Source: Auanema rhodensis (lineage: Eukaryota > Animalia > Nematoda). Taken from it: DNA of 64,000 nt. The notes below the pieces were generated by a model. It was given only the letters and a program-made list of their open reading frames with translations. It had not been told where the DNA came from and ran no database searches. Location of the stretch: positions 13,454,001-13,518,000 of the forward strand of contig OZ059898.1 in assembly GCA_964057225.1 (NCBI GenBank), read 5' to 3'. Shown here piece after piece: positions 53,933-64,000 of this stretch; within the stretch, counting starts at the first letter, position 1, and every line of letters begins with the position of its first letter. A program made the translations under genes and the position numbers.

Positions 53933-56900
53933 GTACTTTCTATATATGGTATAAATAACAAATGTTTTATTTTTATTAAAAGAAATAAACAGAAATTACA
54001 AAGGAAAGGTGTAAATCAATCAGCTTGGTATCAGAATTGGTATCAGACTCGTTATTGACCAATCAACATTAAGAAAAAAAATGTGAAGATGTGCTTGCCG
54101 TATTTCAAAGTTGCAACTCTCTCTCTCTCAAATGCTCACACACCACGACAGGCTTGTTTGGTAATGCGTTTCGATGCGGGACCAAAGTGTCGAAAACACA
54201 ATTGACTATAAGCATCTAATTCTTTTTTATATATTTTTTTTGAAATTTAGGGAATGATGTCAATGTGTCGAGACGATTTTGTGTTAAAAATGGGTTCAAG
54301 AGAAAACAAACTTTATATACTGAGTAATAGCTATGAGTAACAGTATTTCTATACACATGCATGTAGGAAGAGAAATATATAGAGAGAAAGAGAAAAAGAG
54401 AATGAAAAAGAGAGAGAGGGGATAAGAAGAAGGAAGGAAGGAAGAGAAATTGAAAGAGCTCTTGATATAAGAGATTGATAAAGAGTTTTTTTCTTTTTTT
54501 TCTAAATACTCGATGTCATCTCCACATACGAGTGGGGGGGGGATTGAGATACACATACCCATGGATGGATGAATGAACGGATGTATGAACTTTCCGTAGA
54601 TTGAGGTAAATGTTCTAATTATTAAAGAATAAAAGAAAAATAAATAGAGATATTACTAAGTTTTCATCGATAACTTCATATTCGCTAATATGAAGTTATG
54701 GTAGAGCTCAGGCAACTTTGAGAAACCAAACAACAGAAGGAAAGCATGACGTTGACAAGTAAAATGTTCATTTTTGGCCCCAATAAGACAGGTAAATAAC
54801 GAATATTATACCAAAAACGTAATTATAAATATAGAAAATATACAAGGTGTGAAAGAGAGAGAAAGAGAAAGAAAGAGAGAGAAAGAGAGAGAAGGATATT
54901 TGTGAAAACTGAACCGCTCAGCTGTTATGAGATTAAGAAAATGGAAAAAATCTTTGAAAGACCGTGAACTTTGAACAAAAAATGAAATGGCAAATGAAGG
55001 AGAGAAAGAGAGAAAGCGAGAGAGAGAGAGTTAAATATTCTAATTATATGTGAATATCATTGAAGATTTTTGTGATTTTGTGTTTTTTTCTTTTTTAAAC
55101 TTAATATAAATAAAAAAAAAGTTAAATTATTCAAGAAGAAATTGGAATATTCAAATAAAATATAATAAACTTCTTTTCCTAAAAAATAAGAAAAAAAAAG
55201 CCTGTATTCATAAGAGCTATAGTTGGAAGTTGCTGAAGAAGAGCAGTAGCATTGGCAGTGTAGCAGCAGTAGCAACATAGACAAACGGACTGAGAGGGCT
55301 CCGTACAATGATATTTTAGAATAGACTTAATTATGTATATATATTTATACTATATAGTATATATACTATATATATATAATCATTAAATAATCAATTTTTA
55401 ATTAGATTTCATTCTAATTATAGAAATATTTATATATGTATGTATGTATTTTTAAATATAAATACATACTATATAGAGTGGTTGTAGAGCATACATACAT
55501 ACATACATACATACATAGATATGTAGATATATTTATACTAATAATAAACTAAGTATTCATTATTTAATTAAAGAAATTTATAAAATAGGAAGTTACAGCT
55601 TTTCCATCTCATATGTACTGACGGTAACCGTAGAAGCAGTAGGAGGTAGTGGGAGGTAGAAGGAGCAGTTGAAGGTAGTAGAACGCGGTGGGAGCTAGAA
55701 GGAGCAGTTGAAGGTAGTGGGAGGTAGTGAGAGGTAGTAGGGGGGTAGTAGAAGGTAGTGGGAGGTAGATGGAGCAGTTGGAGCAGTAGGAGACGTAGTA
55801 GGAGCCCTAGTAGGAGCAGTAACATCACATAAGAACTGATTATACTGTTTTCTTTCTTCTTATTCTCCTTCTTATTCTCTTTATTATCTTAGACAAGATA
55901 TGTATATAAATGAAAAAATATATAATCTTTGACTACTAAAACAAGGTATTTGCAAATAAAATTAAGAAAAATATTAATTTTTGTTGTTCAAAATCTCAAA
56001 TTATTCCATCTAATTACTTTGCAAAAGAAAACTGAATGTCTGGGGGCATTAATCTGTTCAAAAATGAAAATCTGAAGAATAAGTTGTTCTTTTCAAAAAT
56101 ATATTTGTGATTTATAGCAGCAATAATATGTGAATTGAACAAGGCGGTTGATGAAGTAAAGAGAAGATTTGATAATTTGTATAAAGATTAAGCTGGAAAT
56201 GCTGGAAATTGGTGAATTAAATGAGATAAAAATGAATGTGAAAGATGAAATAGTCATAGCTCATTTAAAAATTTTCTTTTTTTTTGTTTCAACCAAAAAA
56301 AAGAAACTGAATGTCATCATCAGTAGCAGCATCATCATGATCATCAACACACTCATTCTCCTCATTCTCTTCAATGTATGGAAAACATAACTTCCTCTTT
56401 CGAAAGTTTGAAAGTAAAATAGAGAGAAAGGTTATGATTTGAATAGAAGATCTTTAGAGAAGTAAAAAAAATAATAGAATAGTGTAGGAGGGAGGGAGGA
56501 AGAGAGGGAGGGAGAGAGGGAGGGAGGAAGATAGGGAGAGTAAAATAATAAATAAAAACTGTGGAGGTCAAAAGCAACAAATTGGTGTTGAAAGAGAAAT
56601 AAAATATATAAATTTCATTAAATATTTAAAGCAATTTATAGAATGTGGTTAAAAGAGTTGTATGATTCAGCTAGGTTACATCTTCTTTGGAACCACTCAT
56701 CCCCCTCCCTCTCTCTCTCTATCTTGAGGAAATTTCTTTTGCTCCTGTACATAAAAATTCAATAATTTGAAAAAAAAAGAAGAATAAGAGACAAAATAAA
56801 AAAGGAGAAGAAGAAGAAGAATATTATTTCAAAAACTGACTGACGGACTGACTGACTGATTGACTGACTGACTGACTAATAAACAAAACAAAAGAATATC

Positions 56901-59000
56901 TAACCAGTAAACAAATTTTTTGATGATTTTTCTCATTTTATTAGACAGATAGATAGACGGTAATATGTGTATAACATCAAAATATGTTTCAATAGAATAC
57001 CAAATGATACTTATGACGACGACAAAATGAATGATGATGATGAGGAATCTGTGTAGATAAGTTGAACAACATGGAAATGAAGATGACTTGTCATCACGAA
57101 TGCAATAGTTTCTCAACTTTAAAATAAAAGACATCAGAATATATGTTTACTTCGTGACAATAAACAAACAAATGGTTGTAACAACATGAAGAAAAAAGCC
57201 TAACGTCACGTCAAGATGTCACTAGAAGAGCATCAAGTTGTAGAAGACAAGTACAAAGAATGCGGCATCTTCTCTTCTTTACATATTATAATAAGGTTGT
57301 ACCAATAAAAGGGCAGCTTAAACATTCAAAAAGGTACAAGCTTACAAGTCGTAAATGAAAGAGAGAGAGAGAGAGTGAAAGAGGTAAGAGAGGTAAGAGA
57401 AACAGAGGTGAAAGAGAAAGAGAGAGAGAAGGAAAGGAAACATGTCATGTCGTTAGTATGATGGCTTATCAGTCATTGGAAGTAAAAAAAAGGAGGAATA
57501 ACACATGTATGCGGTTGATGTAGTGTCACATCAAGCATTGCTATTTGAAGTACAAAATATTTTTTCTTCTATTCAACGTTTAAATATAAATTCTGATTGT
57601 TCTTAAGATTTAGAAGTAAAGTATCATTATAATAATTTCAAATTTATATTTTTTAAAACAAAAAAATTTAAATTCTTAGATTTATGTATATGTATGTCGT
57701 ATATTTTGATGTCAAAGGTGTGACACATGCGAAAATCCATAATAAGAAAATGAAATAGAAGTCAAAACAATGAGAGATTGAATGAGGGAATGAGGGAAAA
57801 TTGAAAAAACATAGCAAAGAATATGCTTTCTCGACATCCTGGGCGCCAGCAGCAAAACGAACGATGAAGAGAACAGGAGGAGGTCGCTTAGTTTCAGTTG
57901 CTTAAGTTGGATTGATTTCTGAAATATATTTAAAGAAAATGAGATTTCAGGTAATAGATAGACATTGAATTTTTCAGATAAAAGTTGTAAAAATCTTAAA
58001 AACTTACTGAATGAAAAATAAATAAAAAGTTATGATAATATGAGGGTTATTAGTGAGCCAAAAGGGACCTCGTTAACATATATTTTTTTGAATTTATTAT
58101 AAGAAAATACAATTTTTAAAAAATAGCTTGTATATACTATGTGATGAAAAAATAAAAAAAGGCAATAGCCTACAACAAAAAGTGGAAAAAGTTGAAAAAA
58201 GAAGCATGAACTGATAAGCTAAAATCATTATTTTTTCGGTTTTCCTTATGTTTTTCTTTCTTTTTCTGTTTGGTTTCAAAATAAATTTGAATTTATAGAA
58301 CAATTCGAGTAACAACGCTATACATAAGCTTGGTTAACCAAGCTAAATTAGCTGTTTCATTCATCTGAGCCTCATAGTGTGATCACTAGCTTTTCCTAGA
58401 ATACGTAGAACAAATTTGGTCTGCTATTTCTGCTGTTCGTTGAAGCTTTTCGACAGAACTCTCGAAAATCCTCCATCTCATTTCTCATCATTAAAAAAAA
58501 CCTTGAAAATTCAAGAGAAATCAATAAAAAAAAGAGAAAAAAGAGAATGGATAGAGTAGATAGAGCTTATCGAAAGTATATGAAATATGAATTTGAAGCA
58601 TTGGGTTATATTCAGAAGTACTGACCACATACAGCTTCAAACTCTTTCATCGTACTCATCCTTGATCTTCAATTACCTAATATGACCACTACAATCTGTA
58701 CAAAAATCTTTTTTTTTTGACGAAAAGGCTAAAAAGAACACTTTTTCAAATTCTTTTTACAGAAAAAAAATTTTTTTTTCAAAGAATAACAAAAAGAAAA
58801 AAATAGTTTTAGTGTACGGATCAGCATGTCGGTCTTGTTTACTATATAACCATGCCGTTTTTTTCTAAACGGAAATTAAACCGGGTTCAGGGCGAATAAT
58901 AAAAAGAAAACATTTATATTTTAAAAAATTTTGTTTGTTTTTTATTTATTTTTTAATAAAAAAAAGCCTCTAAAGTAATTGATAAATAGTTATATAAAGC
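32200..59000. repeat. Microsatellite-rich non-coding tract: many (GA)n/(CT)n, (TA)n, (CAT)n, (AGT)n, (CTGA)n and poly-A runs
   Basis: E.g. (GA)n at 32696-32730, 37619-37648, 42895-42936, 44679-44720 and 48128-48170; (CT)n at 35088-35147 and 51452-51498; (AGT/AGC)n at 33387-33470. Confidence 0.9.
55636..55820. repeat. Degenerate G-rich ~10-bp tandem repeat (GGAGGTAGTG / GGAGCAGTTG)
   Basis: Directly visible, including a duplicated TAGAAGGAGCAGTTGAAGGTAGT block. Confidence 0.8.
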
Positions 59001-59612
59001 TATGAAGCTATATGAATGCTTTCTAATTATAATAAAATTCTAAAAATGTTTTTGAATTGTATGGTGTTGAATGGTTATATTGGGAGAGAAAAATGCATTA
59101 GTAATACATATACAGACTTGTCTTCAACTTCATCAAGTCTATATGAACTTTATAATCGTTTTTCTTCTTTTCATCAATTTTTCCTCTTTTTTTTTGTAAT
59201 TTCATACTTTACTCAGGTTTCTCACAAAAATGTTTGACAAAAAAAAGATAAGAAAAAAGGTTTAAAAGGGAAGTTTTAAAGATATTTAGATAATTTTATG
59301 GAAGATCATTCAATTTTTTTGAAGGTTACATCAATTATTTCCAGAATAAATGAATGATGCAGATGGTTTCAGTAGACAAAGTGAAAAAGAAAAGATGTTT
59401 GTTAATCTTTACTAGAAATGTGTCATAATAATATTATGTTTATGATTAAAAACATATAGATTTACAGATATTTTGAGAAATCAGCGAAATATCGCATGAG
59501 AAATAGCTTCCGTATATGAAAAACCAAAATAAAAGTTTAATTTTATATGAAAATGAATATTTTACATGTCATTTGTTTGAAATATATTGATGATTGATCT
59601 TCAAGAAAATGG

Positions 59613-59714
59613 TATATAATGCCTCAGGCAATCTCTCAACAGGTATCAGATTCACATACAATTTCATTTCTTTTTTCAGACAAAAACTTCAAATTTAAAA
59701 TTAATTTTTTGCAG
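59613..59714 (+). promoter_or_regulatory. TATA box and probable 5'UTR intron of the Cys-rich peptide gene
   Basis: TATATAA at 59613, donor CAG|GTATCA at 59643, acceptor TTTTTTGCAG ending 59714, two nt before the ATG. Confidence 0.5.
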
Positions 59715-59716
59715 AA

Positions 59717-60331
59717 ATGATGAAGCTTGTTATCTTCGTTGCTGTTTTAGTCGCCTTCGCTGCTGCTCAAAGAAACGACGTTCGTTTTAATTTTCATCTA
59801 AACACCTCATCGTACGAAGCTCGTTTGCAACCCTGCCGCTATTCCCTACTCTCCCAACACTATCCATACACAAGAGCTTTATCTTGATCAAGCATTGACA
59901 AATGTTCAATATCATTTATTTCCTTTTTTCAGAACAAAAACAACAACAATGCCAACATGTTCGGACCATCTGTAAACATTCCATGCGGCTTCTGTATGTC
60001 CAGCTCATAATACCAAAATCATCTACTGTATACTTGCTTACAGCCTGTACTAAACGTGCTCAATTCCAAAGTGTCATCGATGGCGTCTTCACCAGTGCTT
60101 CCTGCACAGCCACTGGCGGACTTGATCCCAGAGATAGATGCACAGGATGCTGTGGCGCTAGAGCTTTAGCCGCTGGAATCTCCACTGTACGTTTTACTGA
60201 GAAATTTAGAGAATATTCCTCAGTATTTATGAGAAAGAGAAAGGAAATTTTCTCCACTTCAGGAGTTCGCTTCCGGTTTCGTTTCCGTTAACAACAACGA
60301 ATGTGTTTGCTGTACCTTCCGTAGATGCTGA
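59717..60331 (+). CDS. Small secreted 10-cysteine protein (~111 aa), family not recognised
   Basis: Exons 59717-59779, 59933-59993, 60044-60186, 60263-60331: MMKLVIFVAVLVAFAAAQRNDNKNNNNANMFGPSVNIPCGFSCTKRAQFQSVIDGVFTSASCTATGGLDPRDRCTGCCGARALAAGISTEFASGFVSVNNNECVCCTFRRC*. Signal peptide, strong TTC/AAC/GCT/CGT codon bias and AATAAA at ~60422. Confidence 0.88.
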
Positions 60332-62493
60332 CTAGATGAGGATGATGTTGAAAACTGGGAATGGGCAATAGTGAAATAGAGAAAATTTGTGTAAATTTTC
60401 GGTTTTTGATTTTACTTTTCAAATAAAAATTCGAATTGGAATTTTTCTTTTTTTTGTTGTTTAAGAAAAATTAATTTTCATCTCAAAAAACTGTTACAAG
60501 AAAGCTTGAAGAACGTTGAACTGAACAAGTTTCAAACTCAATCATTTTTAAAAAAAAAAAAAAAAGGAGAAAAATGAAATAGTATTTAAATGAATTTAGA
60601 TAATATTATACAAACTATATACACATATATAATATAGTATTTAATATTTTTTAAATTAGATTTTTATTTTATTTTATTCTAATAATCAATAATTTTAAAT
60701 ATAATTATTATGATTCATGCATACAGGTAGGTAAGTACAACCGTTCCACATGTTGAAACAACAAGAAATGAGTTTAGTATTTCACGTTTTCACGTTTCAC
60801 ATAGACACAGATCCACGTGCAACTCTGTAAAGAATGTCTGATGTTTATTGTTTGAATGTTTCTTAAACGAAACATTCAATCCGTTTTAAATTCTTTTTTA
60901 AAACATGTCACTTCTATTTGTGCTGAACTAAGTTATGACGTTGACTGTTACAATTGCAAACATCTATTCTTATAAGAAAGACATGTAGCAATAGCAGCAG
61001 CAGCAGCAGCAGTAGTAGTAACATCAGATGAAAATGATGATGTTGCAGTTAGTTAGAACATGATAATTATATTTTCGTTTTTTTGAAGTTTAAAAAAATA
61101 AATTTACAAATGAAAATTATAAACGTAGGATTGTTCTCTCTTTGTTTCGTCGATGTCATCATTGGTCTGCATCATGATGTTAATGAATCATTCTATTTCT
61201 TTTCAAAACTACCTGCAAAGTTCGCCCAGTATCATCATCAATACCACTGACTGACTGACCTTATCGTTGTCATCTAATCTCATCTCTGACTTTCATGTAG
61301 TTGGAACATGTTACGCTTTTCTTTCTTATTTGTCTAATTATTCTTTTTTCACTTCATATGCCATATAGTTAAGTAATTTTAATTTAGTTTTTCTTTGAAT
61401 TGTTTATCTAACTATGCTTATCTTCTATTAAGTGATAAACAATTATTACTTCCTTGTAATTATCAAAAAAATGAAGACGACGAGCATAGTGACGACCACA
61501 AAGAAAAAGAAGATCAAATTACCATTTCAGTGGACGATGTTGACCAAAACATTCCGGTTTTGATTTTTATGAAATTAATTCAGTCGCATACTAAACTGCG
61601 AACGTTCAAGAAAAGATATCAAAAAATTCTTAGTTTGGGTGCGGCCACTTTTTTATTTTCCGCATTTCAAATATTTTCACAATTTGACCTTTTTTTGATT
61701 TTTTTCTCTGTTAAAATTACTCTTATTGCCAAACAATTTTATATTTATCAATGAAGCCAAGTAACCAATTAAGATGAAATGCGAACAGTTGGTGAAGAAA
61801 GTCATGCACAACAGCGAGTACTTTAACGTCATCACTGAACGAAACTACTATCTTCTCTCGTTTTTTCTTTCCTTTTTCCCACAAACTAATTGTTTGAAAT
61901 CATTACTCATCCCATTTCACCCTATATATGGCATGCACTTGATTCTACAGTGTCTTAATTTGCTTCAAACCTATTATTTCAAGGTTTTACCTTCAAATCA
62001 TATAGTTCCTCAGCTAAAATGTTTATATCAAATTGTTTTCCTGAAGATTTCATCTTACTCACCATGTACTATTCTTTGTTTCATACTATATCTCATGTTA
62101 CAACCAGCATTGTAACAGGCGTCAGATTGAAGCCATGCTTGTCAGCATGCAACATCATCACGTACTAGCATTATTCCAGCTAATTTTTCAACTTATTCAA
62201 CATTTTTAGAATGCAGTTAGACTTTTAATCAGATGTTGTAAACTAAAGAATAGCTTTTTTTCATTATTCCCAAACATGTTGACATCAACTACTAACGATA
62301 TTATCTGATATTTCATATATAGAAGTTTTTTTCGCCCATTTTACATCACAACTCCTTTCTGTCTTCATTCAGCTGCCAAACTAACTTTGATTGTCTCTTC
62401 ATTCCAAGGAAATTATTATTAGAAATTGTTTCTTCATCAATTTCTTTTGTTTAAACTTTTTTATTTTTATTTTTCTTTTTTTTTATAGAAATT

Positions 62494-63134
62494 ATGCAGA
62501 AATTTATTGTTTTTTCAACTTTAATTGTTTGTACACTTGGCGCAGTTGCTCAATATCCAGTTAAGGTTTGTTGTCTTTTTCAATATTTCTTTTTCATTTT
62601 ATTATTTTTTAAAACTTTTATATTTAATTTAATAATTTTTAAAACTTTTATTTATCTTATTGATCGTCATTATAAACATTTTTATAGGTAGGAGAGAATG
62701 TTGTTCTGGATTTAGGTCCACAAATCAAAACATGGCAACGTGAACGTAAAGGAAGTTCTACGGAAACATTAAAGTATTGTCCAACAGCAAAACGAGCTAC
62801 AGATAAGAAATGTACACAATTTGTAGATGAGGTACTGAACTTTAGCTTTTAAAATCTTTTTTTTTGTTTAAATTCAAATATTATTTAAATAGAAAGGAAA
62901 ACTTACTGGATCAAAAGCTGTTGTTTATTCAAATGGTACATTGATCTTTGACAGCTTTACAAAAGCTGATTCTGGCAGCTATTTTTCTAAGGATGAAAGA
63001 GAACGTGTAAGTTTGATGATATTCTGGAAACTCATTTTTATATTTTTAATTATATATTTTAGGTTCATCAGAACGCTGATGGTTCATACTGGGCTCTTCC
63101 ACGCTCTTTAATCAATGTATTCATTTCTGATTAA
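62494..63134 (+). CDS. Small secreted single Ig-like-domain protein (nematode type)
   Basis: 4 exons: MQKFIVFSTLIVCTLGAVAQYPVK|VGENVVLDLGPQIKTWQR...KYC...KCTQFVDE|KGK...NGTLIFDSFTKADSGSYFS...|VHQNADGSYWALPRSLINVFISD*. Ig-strand patterns G..V.L, W.R, NGTL and D.G.Y. Confidence 0.82.
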
Positions 63135-63697
63135 TTCAATTACAAATATATGTATATTTGTATAAATATAAAACAAAATAATAATTTTAACTATATTCAT
63201 ATATTATATATATTAAATTATATTAATATTTTATAATAACGGCCTTCCATTTGAAGAATAAATCATTTAATTTCATTTAATATTTACAAAGATTTACCAT
63301 CTCTACGTGTATTTGGCGTTAACCACACGTCATATCTTCGTCAATTGACTTTAACGTACGTGAGTATATTCACGTGAATTGAATCAAGTTATTTTCAATT
63401 ATTTTGGAAGCTGAAACGGTTGCATTTTCCTAAACGAGCAGAAGAAGCTTAATGTCTTCGAAAATCAAGAGTTAATCACTTACAGGATTATCTATGACTC
63501 AATGAAATAATTGAATTTTAATTGAAAATGCATGTATAACATAGACATTTATGTCAATGAATCTCTTCAACTATTCAGTTTCAGCCAATAAATTTTCATC
63601 AGAGAATCTTCTGTTTCATTACTATTGCATTGAAACATTTTTGGTTATTTTTCTTTTTCTTCTTCAGACAAAACTGATATTTTTTACTTCATGAATT

Positions 63698-64000
63698 ATG
63701 TCATTTAATTCATCTGATGTGCCAAGTTCGCTATATTCATTGGTTGATGAACACGGTGGTGGCATCTTAGCTCCATGGATTAAATATGCCAGATCATCTG
63801 GAGATTATAGTATTTTAGAAGAATATTTAGATACATCTGTATGTTGTTTAGGCTTAAAATTTTAATAAATAATCTTATTTTTATTTTTTTGATAGGTTAA
63901 ATCATATTTATACAATGGTGGTAAAGGAAAGCTTGTATCTATTGCCGAACTTGTTAGTATACGGTAAGTATTTAGAATTCAACTCAAGAAAAATTTATAA
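63698..64000 (+). CDS. TRPV channel, OCR/Nanchung subfamily, N-terminus (3'-partial)
   Basis: Exons 63698-63838 and 63896-63963: MSFNSSDVPSSLYSLVDEHGGGILAPWIKYARSSGDYSILEEYLDTSVKSYLYNGGKGKLVSIAELVSIR. LY.LVD.HGGG.L and YNGGKGK match the OCR N-terminal signature. TTCTTCAG acceptor ends at 63667. Confidence 0.85.

Noticed and set aside
32630-58315. Dozens of 60-200 aa ORFs (poly-L, poly-S, SLSLSL, ERERER) in the desert
   Set aside because: Translations of microsatellites and AT-rich low-complexity DNA, with no codon bias, domain motifs or consistent splice structure.
1-64000. tRNA, rRNA, SL RNA, transposase or reverse-transcriptase genes
   Set aside because: None recognised by eye. tRNAscan-SE, cmscan and RepeatMasker would be needed to exclude short or degenerate copies.

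Overview
AT-rich nematode genomic DNA: 40-50 nt GT-AG introns, TTTTCAG acceptors, and candidate trans-splice acceptors just upstream of start codons. The species cannot be determined from the sequence. The ORF track is mostly exon fragments and microsatellite artefacts, so gene models were spliced by hand. The left half (1-31.7 kb) is gene-dense: 3' end of a nuclear hormone receptor, a Sra-superfamily chemoreceptor, a palindromic minisatellite, a fused pseudouridine-5'-phosphate glycosidase/pseudouridine kinase (PsuG-PsuK) gene carrying a nested antisense tetraspanin-like gene in one intron, a membrane-anchored mucin-like repeat protein, Phe-tRNA synthetase alpha, an unknown S/T-P-rich protein, ATAD5/ELG1, GlcNAc-transferase I and a somatostatin/opioid-like neuropeptide GPCR. 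About 28 kb (31.7-59.6 kb) has no recognisable coding gene and is rich in (GA)n microsatellites. The right end has a small 10-Cys secreted protein, a small secreted Ig-like protein and the start of an OCR-type TRPV channel. The best unexplained signals are non-coding: a pre-miRNA-like hairpin with a downstream complement of its own seed, a ~600 nt multi-hairpin island upstream of the chemoreceptor, and a cluster of let-7 seed complements in the gene desert. All are hand-read candidates, not confirmed.
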